From: Dehalococcoidia bacterium
Lineage (GTDB): Bacteria; Chloroflexota; Dehalococcoidia; Lucifugimonadales; JAGWBF01
Length of the DNA: 64,000 nt
NCBI GenBank assembly: GCA_965116325.1
Contig: OZ220675.1
Location: 513,457-577,456, forward strand
Direction of reading: 5' to 3'
Part shown: positions 28,301 to 34,412 of the stretch, one piece after another
Layout of the letters: each line of letters starts with the position of its first letter
Numbering within the stretch: the stretch's first letter is position 1
The notes under the pieces: generated by a model
Told to the model about the DNA's origin: nothing
Databases searched by the model: none
The model's input: the letters and a program-made list of their open reading frames with translations, nothing else
Translations under genes and position numbers: made by a program

Positions 28301-31300
28301 ATGGACCCTGGGATTTCGGCGCTCCCTATAACTACCCGGTGCTGAAAATGGACTTCGACGGTGACCCAGATACAACCCCAAGCTGGCAGGAGTTTGGAAG
28401 GCAACGGGAACCGGGGCCGGTGAGCAGCCTTTCTGCTTCCCTGGGGGAGTCGGGGAACATTGAGACGGCATGGAGCGAACCCGGCGACACGGGAAGCGGG
28501 ACCCTGGGCAGCTATCGGTACCGTGTGAGCTACGACGGTGCAAAGACCTGGGGAGCCTGGACCGAAACAGAGTCCAAGTCCTACACCATCGCTGTGGCGG
28601 ATAGCACGGCACACTCCTTTGAGGTGCGGGCCACCAGCGATGCTGTCCATCGACTGGGGGCAGCCTCTTTCCTGGGCCCGCCAGGTCCGCCGGTTAACCT
28701 CTCGCTGGCTCCCCGCGACATGCATCTGGTCGCCGCGTGGGACCCTCCAGAGGAGGACGGCGGCGCTGCAGTAACGGGCTACGTCTTGCAGTACCGCCAG
28801 GGTGATTCGGGAGCCTGGACGGAGATGACACTAACTGGGGACGCCAGCACACTGGACATCGGCTCCCTGGCAAACGACCAGGCATACCAGGTGAGGATTG
28901 GCGCCGAGAACATATTCGGCATTGGCGCCTTCTCTCCTGCGGAGACCGCCTCCGCCATAAACTCGCCTCCCCCCACATCGCCGGTGCAGAATCAAACTGC
29001 GACCGAGCTCCAGTCCTTCAGCTACTCCATTGACGATGTAACCGACCCTGACGGGCATCAAGTCAGCTATTCAGCCTCTCTCGATGATGGGACGCCTCTA
29101 CCGGCTTGGCTCGACTTCGACGAGGCTAACCGGACATTCAGCGGGACCCCTGAAGATGCCGATACGGGCAGCTTGGCTATAAGGATTACAGCTACCGACG
29201 ACGGTACTCCTCCAGCCTCTTCCGAGGTATCTTTCACCCTTACCGTTGAGGATGTAAATCAGGCCCCCGCTGCACTCTCTGTCGAAGACCAGAGAGCAGG
29301 GGCAGGCCTGTTCTTCAGCTACACGATTACCGAGACCACCGACCCGGACAGCCGCGACACCCTCAGCTATTCTGCAGCCCTTGCCGACGGCACCGACTTG
29401 CCTATCTGGCTGGGCTTCGAGATCAACACTCTAGTTTTCAGCGGCACAGCCACATCGGGAGATGCCGGCACGTTCAACATAGTGGTGAAAGCCATCGATG
29501 ACGGCACTCCACCGATGTCATCGGAGGCCGCCTTTACCCTGGAGGTCATATACAACTCCCCGCCCTCGGCGCCAGCCCTTTCGGACCAGACCGCAACCGA
29601 AGGTGAGGAGTACGTTTACACCTTTCCGGCATCCACCGATGAGGACAACCACAGCATCAGCTACTCCGCTCTCCAGTCCGACGGCTCCCCCCTGCCCGGC
29701 TGGCTGACATTCGACGGTGTGGAGCGCACCTTCCGAGGAACGCCCTTGGAGCTGGATTCGCCCAAGAGACACCGGATCAAGGTGAAGGCAATGGACGACG
29801 GCTGGCCGGATGCATCTTCAGAACGGGAATTTGAACTGTGGGTCCCCGAAGTGGATTCACCGCCGATAGCCGTCGCAACTGCCAAACTATGCCCACCGTC
29901 CGCTCAGACGTGGGATGACAATTCAGATGAACTATTGGTCCCCGAACCGGACTCGCCGCCGATTGCTGGCGTCATAGATCAGCTATGCCCCCCGTCCGTG
30001 CAGACGGGGGATGAAAATTCAGACCCGCTGCGGGTTAACCCGAAAGATATAGTGATCCTGGACGGCACCGGGAGCCATGATCCGGAGGGCGGGACGATAA
30101 GCTATCGGTGGACCCAGACCGACGGCCCGCCGGTCGAGCTGTTTCACCCAGAACCTACAGATCCGTGGAAATCTAGAGAAGCCTGGTTCATTGCTCGCAC
30201 ACAGGGCACTTTCGTATTCAAGCTGGAAGTAAGGGAAGTCGACGGCAAGACCTATACAAGCACCTCTGAGGCGGTCGTCATCGTAGTCGAACCAATCCCG
30301 CCAGGACCCCTTCCCATCACCTTCGATTCCGATACAACGCCGGATCAGAACTATGTGGTAGGCCGGGATGTCGGGATGGTACAGCTGCCAATTGCAACCG
30401 GAGGGACGGGCGACCTCACATACCAGCTTTCGCCTGCCTTGCCTCGAGGGCTGGCCTTTGACCCAGTTGCGCGCACCATAACCGGCACTCCTACGGAACT
30501 TCTGGAGCGAAGGCTCTTCACTTACACAGTCATTGACCAGGTCGGCAGCGAGGCGTCCCTGCACTTCTACGTGACAGTCAGTGCGCCAATCGCCGTGGCG
30601 AAAATCGATGCCCGGGGCGCCGTCACTATCATCGCCAAGGCTGCAGGGGAGTCCGATCTCACATTTGCGATAGAAGAAGAAACCCTGCATATAAGGGTGA
30701 AGGTGGACGGGAATAGCATAGGTTCTCGACTAACGCTACTAGCTGGCCCGGACTGGTCCAACCTTGCTCTAATCGAGTTCTCCAGCATACCAGCCGGCGA
30801 CCTGATCAACCCTGCCGCTCCTCCAGGTTTCCGCAGGCTTGGAGAACTGAGGTTTCTGAACATCACCCTGCGTGACCGCGATGGCCTAACCATAGACCGG
30901 TTGGACGCCCCGGCAACCATCTGCCTTGCACCTAGAACCGGCGACGGGGAGCTGATCATGCTCCGATATGACGGCGCCGAGAGTTGGTCAATCCTTGCCA
31001 ATGCTGTGGTGACGTCGCTGAATGGGGAGACCTTCATGTGTGCCGACAGCGCCAGGCTATCGACCTTCGCCGCTGGATATGCTGTGCCTCTGCCGCCGCC
31101 CTCCCCGAATCCGACACCTACTCCTGTTGGCAGTCAGAGTGACGATGGGGCTCCCAGTCCCACGCCCACACCTGCACCCACGGCGATACCCGTACTGACC
31201 CCTACTCCAACTCCGTCGGTTCCTGTGGAGCAGGTGGAGGCAACACCGATCCCCTCCCCGAATCCCACTCCTCCGGGGTCTACAGAATCTGTAGAACAGG

Positions 31301-31626
31301 CGGAGCCAACACCGACTCGTCCCATAGATCCAACTCCTACGACCCCAGCAGATCCTGCAGACCAGATGGATTCAACCTCGGCGCATCCACCAAGTCCGAC
31401 TCCCCCGAGTCTCACAGAATCCCCAACTCCGAGATCCACCACCGATCTCCTTCAGGAGCAAACTCCGCCTCCCATCGCGCCCACTACCCCGCCGACGCCT
31501 TTCCAGGTGGGGCACCTTGAGGATCCGAGGGGTGGCAATCGCGTCTGGACCCTGGTCGGGGTACCATTAGCCATAGCGTTGCTGGGGATGATCTTCTTGA
31601 TATACCGGCGCAGCCTGAGACCGTAG
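22327..31626 (+). CDS. giant (3,099 aa) modular cell-surface protein with GLUG-repeat beta-helix-like modules, FN3, Calx-beta-like, cadherin-like (He_PIG/dystroglycan-type) and PKD-like domains, a PT-rich stalk and a C-terminal TM anchor
   Basis: A single uninterrupted ORF. It has an N-terminal signal-anchor (IVTSGALLVFLAALLYGSV) and GNGHTISNL plus VGGLVG (GLUG) repeats. Calx-beta-like endings (TGTDYTAIDETVTF, ESDETVVLKL, EIDEAFEVTL) and He_PIG-like units (LP.WLTFD...RTFSGTP) are present. The C-terminus reads VWTLVGVPLAIALLGMIFLIYRRSLRP. Confidence 0.9.
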   Translation: MQIRAGVDSPGWQFSFTAATHLRASGIVTSGALLVFLAALLYGSVKPPPTSAIHVQTPAFQTASGDLIDYDTDNDGLIEVASLTMLNAIRWDLDGNGESTHSGYSSAFPTPQSGMGCPTTGCSGYELTTDLDFDTNDDGVVDSSDDWWDSGSGWLPVGDGSSDTDSTRFNSTFDGNGHTISNLLIQRSSSLVGLFGSVGSSSHIRGLGLTDVSVSGHSSVGGISGYSAGKIEACYSAGAVRGTGNQVGGLVGHSEGSIVASYSSTDVVGNGRSSSIVGGLAGVASAGAGIKASYSTGSVSASGRESIQVGGLVGVSRVDVVASYSTSAVSAAAYVGGLVGEKGSGTITNSYWDTQTSGRSVGVGSDDLDFNGTLDPGETATSGVTGKTTTEMRSPTGYAGIYSGWNISTDDDSTTDDPWDFGADYNYPVLSVDFDGDSETAANWRDFGLQREPGPVGELAETLNDDGTIKVTWEAPTDLGSASTVTYQYRSSVDGGTSWDPNWTATTESSYTFTPDLNAAYVVEVRTVSGAAHPLGKASRFTTTAVTQRPGPTDATLAIVGDSASVAEGLSIGISVTLNRPAPSGGASVRWYVADGTTSPAGSATGDLAITESLDSESRYRAAIASGDSTATINIPASDDARVEPDTEHVLFIVDKVVIGEDETKSFNPSSNSVEFGINDTDTINLAISAQAQVREGTTGGPEPGSSQITVTATANPAATLDRSVQVRVVSDGGTATTGTDYTAIDETVTFNSGTVVGIGTGDSPSASVTTTNPLRPLADSVTESDETVVLKLASLSTAERAYDLGTTPPSTTVTILDDDDDARVISSFSIDNTNPMPEDGGSRTFTVILKEAANSALRIPVKVTLDGGSTAGKLALSCIQEQEACVNIATGDTSGTLVISSTGDDLVTGTQPVKATLKPPAEVSLKDGVSATISVDRLDDDHLTATLARSSYSVDEGNSIQVTVEVTAQDKNLARVASLQLQTSASNPESAGTGDYTALDRTIQLQTGDYTTSGMSFNVSINTNEDDLAEIDEAFEVTLRTGDSLVRLSGQTTSATITILDDDRATSVSGLTSNTGSLDEDAEETATITIALDGDAVSAATFGWVVSGQGIDTGDFTLAAGTDTTLTTTGDGLRGTVTVGAGRSSGLLTIDAMDDSADPTPESETLTFTLSSVPNGLGVPDNTSVSVSITDNDPIAISGSASLSLRHGDPQRDEPSSVVSEGDVVRARVSLSERLPVDVQVPLTLPDGNDITGDLAGKTQTTPIVVIASGDTTGTVSFLAQLDQVDENDETLTIGLGTPTYDTTRPVSGSLAIEGTGDLQINDVLVSFQTRNVTAGGGRQKLRTMTIDTGRNLANGDDNEVEVTFIVSSGDYEVAWRIQGQAADLTDKLSMDGTRTITLTTGDISSRTILLDLYVTPQPGASDPFEPAISITSVRIHEGQRSKELVPTAVAPNRAPGTPWLSAQTATEDQLFTYQFAEVVDPDGDMVTYTASSGDMNSLPIWLTFDTASRTFSGTPLEADTPASHTIRVTVRDASLSTFATFALSVLEVNDPPSALSLTDQFAEAGEMFSYTFPAMSDPEGSAVTYSAELEDGSSLPTWLTFNASSRTFSGTPGESDSGTLTIKVTASDGAMPTPGLSSSTFMLTVGTLIDYDTDDDGLIEVASLSMLSAVRWDLDGDGASANSDYLSAFPTPQSGMGCPVTGCSGYELTTDLDFDTNKDGTIGSGDDWWDSGSGWLPIGDGSSDSDATRFNATFNGNGHTISNLFIQRTIPLVGLFGSTGSLADIHNLALKDVNVSGQTGVGGLVGENQGKVSITYTTGRVSASRSYAGGLVGWNNGGSIAGSYSSSTMSGDTQVGGLVGLHGSGSMVACYSTGSVSSAGGQAGGLVGENRSSITACYSTGAVAGPVLVGGLIGTDQAGTISNSYWNEETSGISVGVGSDDTDGSGTVEATEPATSGVTGRTDASLRAPTAYAGLYSGWNVSIDEDAVADGPWDFGAPYNYPVLKMDFDGDPDTTPSWQEFGRQREPGPVSSLSASLGESGNIETAWSEPGDTGSGTLGSYRYRVSYDGAKTWGAWTETESKSYTIAVADSTAHSFEVRATSDAVHRLGAASFLGPPGPPVNLSLAPRDMHLVAAWDPPEEDGGAAVTGYVLQYRQGDSGAWTEMTLTGDASTLDIGSLANDQAYQVRIGAENIFGIGAFSPAETASAINSPPPTSPVQNQTATELQSFSYSIDDVTDPDGHQVSYSASLDDGTPLPAWLDFDEANRTFSGTPEDADTGSLAIRITATDDGTPPASSEVSFTLTVEDVNQAPAALSVEDQRAGAGLFFSYTITETTDPDSRDTLSYSAALADGTDLPIWLGFEINTLVFSGTATSGDAGTFNIVVKAIDDGTPPMSSEAAFTLEVIYNSPPSAPALSDQTATEGEEYVYTFPASTDEDNHSISYSALQSDGSPLPGWLTFDGVERTFRGTPLELDSPKRHRIKVKAMDDGWPDASSEREFELWVPEVDSPPIAVATAKLCPPSAQTWDDNSDELLVPEPDSPPIAGVIDQLCPPSVQTGDENSDPLRVNPKDIVILDGTGSHDPEGGTISYRWTQTDGPPVELFHPEPTDPWKSREAWFIARTQGTFVFKLEVREVDGKTYTSTSEAVVIVVEPIPPGPLPITFDSDTTPDQNYVVGRDVGMVQLPIATGGTGDLTYQLSPALPRGLAFDPVARTITGTPTELLERRLFTYTVIDQVGSEASLHFYVTVSAPIAVAKIDARGAVTIIAKAAGESDLTFAIEEETLHIRVKVDGNSIGSRLTLLAGPDWSNLALIEFSSIPAGDLINPAAPPGFRRLGELRFLNITLRDRDGLTIDRLDAPATICLAPRTGDGELIMLRYDGAESWSILANAVVTSLNGETFMCADSARLSTFAAGYAVPLPPPSPNPTPTPVGSQSDDGAPSPTPTPAPTAIPVLTPTPTPSVPVEQVEATPIPSPNPTPPGSTESVEQAEPTPTRPIDPTPTTPADPADQMDSTSAHPPSPTPPSLTESPTPRSTTDLLQEQTPPPIAPTTPPTPFQVGHLEDPRGGNRVWTLVGVPLAIALLGMIFLIYRRSLRP
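22525..23691 (+). repeat. copy 1 of a ~1.15-kb intragenic duplication (Ca-binding-like DxDxDG loops plus GLUG module)
   Basis: Protein segment LIDYDTDNDGLIEVASL...DGNGHTISNL...GLQREPGP. Long runs of nucleotide identity with copy 2 are seen in the first ~350 nt. Confidence 0.9.
27274..28419 (+). repeat. copy 2 of the intragenic duplication
   Basis: Protein segment LIDYDTDDDGLIEVASL...NGNGHTISNL...GRQREPGP, lying 4,749 nt downstream of copy 1 in the same frame. Confidence 0.9.
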
Positions 31627-31691
31627 CCGGTCTTCCCGTCTAATACGGACCGCCCCGGCCTTATACTAGTCTCAATTTCTCCAAGGACATC

Positions 31692-31720
31692 TTGACACGC
31701 CCAATTCCTACTGCTAGCAT
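31692..31720 (+). promoter_or_regulatory. sigma70-like promoter TTGACA-N17-TAGCAT upstream of zur
   Basis: TTGACA lies at 31692-31697 and TAGCAT at 31715-31720, with an exact 17-nt spacer. Confidence 0.45.
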
Positions 31721-31737
31721 ACCGTAGCGCTGTTTTA

Positions 31738-32187
31738 GTGATACAGAGTACCATGACTACCGAGCACGTTGTCCGGCCCAATATCATGGCGGTCCTCGAA
31801 GACCGCGGTTATCGCTCCACCAACTCAAGACGCAATATCGTTCATATTCTTGAGGAAAAGGGAAGCGGCTTCACCGCCGAGGAGATCGGCAGAGAGTTGC
31901 CGTCGGTGGGAAGGGCAACCGTTTTCAGGACCTTGAAACTCCTGCTGGAAATCGGCGTCATATGTCGCCTGAACCTGCCCGATGGTGCGCCCCGGTACAC
32001 CCTCTCCCGGGTGGAGCACCACCACCATACGGTCTGCGTCGTATGCGGCAATGTGGGCGAGTTCCGCGCTGCCACCATCGAACGCCTCATGAGGTCCCTG
32101 AGCAACGAGATTCCGGGTGATGTCGTCGGACACCGCATCGAGCTCTACATCACCTGCGACCTTTGTGCTAAGGAAAACACCAACTAG
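31738..32187 (+). CDS. zur: Fur-family metalloregulator, probably zinc uptake regulator Zur
   Basis: It has a wHTH N-domain (RRNIVHILEE...FTAEEI) and metal sites HHHHTVCVVCG and CDLC. It sits immediately upstream of a ZnuA-type ABC system. The start is GTG 31738 or ATG 31753. Confidence 0.8.
   Translation: MIQSTMTTEHVVRPNIMAVLEDRGYRSTNSRRNIVHILEEKGSGFTAEEIGRELPSVGRATVFRTLKLLLEIGVICRLNLPDGAPRYTLSRVEHHHHTVCVVCGNVGEFRAATIERLMRSLSNEIPGDVVGHRIELYITCDLCAKENTN
31739..31753 (+). promoter_or_regulatory. candidate Fur-family (Zur) operator, copy 1: TGATACAGAGTACCA
   Basis: It matches the two znuA copies at 12 of 15 positions. It lies just downstream of the predicted zur promoter and spans the GTG/ATG start region. 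Confidence 0.35.
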
Positions 32188-32228
32188 AGCCCCTCTAGAC
32201 TGCGCTTTAATTCTATATGCGATTGAAA

Positions 32229-32243
32229 TGATACTGAATCCCA
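32229..32243 (+). promoter_or_regulatory. candidate Zur operator, copy 2: TGATACTGAATCCCA
   Basis: It is part of the 19-nt direct repeat ATGATACTGAATCCCATTA (32228-32246). The left half TGATACT matches the Fur-family half-site TGATAAT at 6 of 7 positions. Confidence 0.35.
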
Positions 32244-32315
32244 TTACAGCATTCCCTGATTAAGCTTGGCATTTTCTAGCCCATAAGTTCCTCAAGGAAA
32301 GGAGACAGAGAGTAT

Positions 32316-33566
32316 ATGATACTCAATCCCATTAAGGGCATACCTGGTCTCTTGAGCGCCAGCCTCATGGCCATAGGCCTACTCTTTGCCACCGCGGCAT
32401 GCGCTGGCGGCGACCCCACCTCTACGCCAACTACGGCTCCAGACCCAACCCCAACATCGACGGCCACTCCCATACCCCCAACGCCACTGAACGTGGTCAC
32501 CACAACCAACATAGTGGCGCACTGGGTGGAGAACATCGGCGGCGATCATGTTAACGTGTTCAGCCTGCTGCCCATTGGCGCCGACCCCCACGCTTTCCAG
32601 CCCGGCGCCCAGGATGTTACCAAGATTGCTGATGCAGACCTTGTACTCTCAATAGGGCTGGGACTCGAGGAAGGCTGGATGACGAGCCTTCTGCAGAGCG
32701 CCGCCCGGGACCCCTCCAGCATCACTGAGCTGGGCGAGCTCATCGACCCCATCGAATTCGCCGAGGGGCACATCGAAGAGGTCGAGTTTCTTGAGCATGT
32801 CGGCGAGGTCATTCACGAGGTGGAAGACGGCGACATGACCGCCGAGGATGCCCTCGCGGAGATCAAGATGATCCTCGCAGAAGTAGAGATCCACGAGGAC
32901 GAGGAAGACGAACCTCCGGCGATGACCCTGGATATCCTTGCCCAGATTGACAGCGGCGAGCTGGACATCGGAGAGGGGCTTGAGGAGATCGAACACATAA
33001 TCGGTGGCGGCCATGAAGAGCACGAGGGCCACGGACACGGGACCGAGGACCCCCACTTCTGGTTTGACCCGATACGAGTCAAGGTAGCCGTAGATGAGAT
33101 TGTCGCCTTGCTCTCAAACCTGGATCCCGACCTGGCGAACACCTACGAGGCGAACGCCTCCGCTTTCAAGTCTGACCTTGACGAGTTGCACACTTGGACC
33201 GAAGAGCAGGTCAGCGCAGTGCCAGAGGAGAACAGGCTGCTGGTCACTTCCCACGACAGCCTCGGCTACTTCGCAAATCTTTATCACTTCGAGGTAGTGG
33301 GCGTGATCCTGTCCACCACCACCGAGGCCGAGCCATCGGCCGAGGACCTGGCGGAACTGGTCCACGAAATCGAAGAGACCGGCGCCAAGGCCGTGTTCGG
33401 CGAGACCACCGTCAGCGAGCGCCTCGCCATCGCAGTAGCCACCGAGTCCGGTGTCGAGCTGTACAGGCTATACTCCGGCTCCCTCGGAATCGACGGCAGC
33501 GGAGCGGAGACCTACATTACGATGGTGCAGACCAACGTTAACCGGATAGTCGAAGCCCTGCGATAA
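32316..33566 (+). CDS. znuA: metal ABC transporter substrate-binding lipoprotein, ZnuA/TroA family, with a His/Asp/Glu-rich loop
   Basis: It has a signal peptide plus lipobox (LLFATAAC) and a PT linker. The acidic His-rich loop (HEDEEDEPP...GGGHEEHEGHGHGTEDPH) is characteristic of Zn-specific ZnuA. Blocks DPHFWFDP and LVTSHDSLGYF are present. Confidence 0.85.
   Translation: MILNPIKGIPGLLSASLMAIGLLFATAACAGGDPTSTPTTAPDPTPTSTATPIPPTPLNVVTTTNIVAHWVENIGGDHVNVFSLLPIGADPHAFQPGAQDVTKIADADLVLSIGLGLEEGWMTSLLQSAARDPSSITELGELIDPIEFAEGHIEEVEFLEHVGEVIHEVEDGDMTAEDALAEIKMILAEVEIHEDEEDEPPAMTLDILAQIDSGELDIGEGLEEIEHIIGGGHEEHEGHGHGTEDPHFWFDPIRVKVAVDEIVALLSNLDPDLANTYEANASAFKSDLDELHTWTEEQVSAVPEENRLLVTSHDSLGYFANLYHFEVVGVILSTTTEAEPSAEDLAELVHEIEETGAKAVFGETTVSERLAIAVATESGVELYRLYSGSLGIDGSGAETYITMVQTNVNRIVEALR
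32317..32331 (+). promoter_or_regulatory. candidate Zur operator, copy 3: TGATACTCAATCCCA (overlaps the znuA start codon)
   Basis: This is the second copy of the 19-nt repeat (32316-32334), with 18 of 19 positions identical to copy 2. Confidence 0.3.
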
Positions 33567-33581
33567 CGCAGGAAGCGATCT

Positions 33582-33622
33582 ACCGGAAGTGGGCCGCCCA
33601 ATGCAGGCGGCCCACTTCCGGT
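33582..33622 (+). promoter_or_regulatory. perfect 17-bp stem-loop between znuA and znuC
   Basis: ACCGGAAGTGGGCCGCC (33582-33598) pairs perfectly with GGCGGCCCACTTCCGGT (33606-33622) around the 7-nt loop CAATGCA. No U-tract follows. Confidence 0.6.
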
Positions 33623-33656
33623 GACAATTCATAACCATTTCAGGGGAAGCGCCAAG

Positions 33657-34412
33657 ATGGCAACCGATGCGGCTATAGCAGTCAGGGATGTGACCGTCGT
33701 GCGTGGCGGACACACCGCCCTCACCGATGTGACTTTCGATGTAAGCCAGGGCACCCTCATGGGAGTGCTGGGCCCCAACGGAGCGGGGAAAAGCACTCTA
33801 TTTGACGCCATCGCCGGCGTGCTGCCCCTGGCCCGGGGCTCGGTGGACCTTTATGGCGACGCGTCCCGCGCAGGGGCCTTGGCCTACGTCCCCCAGCGGG
33901 ACAGCATCAACTGGCGCTTTCCCGCCAATGTACATGACGTGGTGATGATGGGTTGCTGCCGCACTGGGTGGTCCAGGCAGACCGTCAAAAAGCACCGCGA
34001 GCTGGTCAAGCTCTGCCTGTGCCGGGTTGGCTTGTGGGAGCAGCGCTCAGCACGTATTACCGAGCTTTCTGGAGGCCAGCGTCAAAGGGTCTTCATCGCC
34101 CGCGCCCTGGCCCAGGAGGCGAGCGTGGTCTTGCTGGATGAGGCTTTCAGCGGCGTTGATGTTGGAGCGCAGGAAGGCATCATAGAGGTGCTACAGTCCC
34201 TCCGCGACGAGGGAATAATCGTGCTACTGGCTACCCACGATCTCACCAACCTGGCACAACGGTTCGACCAGGTGCTGTGCATAAACCATCATGTGTGTGC
34301 CTGCGGCCCCCCCGACCAAGCCTTCACCCCCGCCGTGCTGGAGGAGCTGTACGGCTCCCACGGCTTTGAGTTCTCCCACAACCACTACAGCCCTGACAGG
34401 CGCGGACCGTGA
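33657..34412 (+). CDS. znuC: metal ABC transporter ATP-binding protein
   Basis: ATG 33657 gives MATDAAIAVRDV. Walker A is GPNGAGKST, the signature is LSGGQRQRV and Walker B is VVLLDEA. Confidence 0.88.
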   Translation: MATDAAIAVRDVTVVRGGHTALTDVTFDVSQGTLMGVLGPNGAGKSTLFDAIAGVLPLARGSVDLYGDASRAGALAYVPQRDSINWRFPANVHDVVMMGCCRTGWSRQTVKKHRELVKLCLCRVGLWEQRSARITELSGGQRQRVFIARALAQEASVVLLDEAFSGVDVGAQEGIIEVLQSLRDEGIIVLLATHDLTNLAQRFDQVLCINHHVCACGPPDQAFTPAVLEELYGSHGFEFSHNHYSPDRRGP

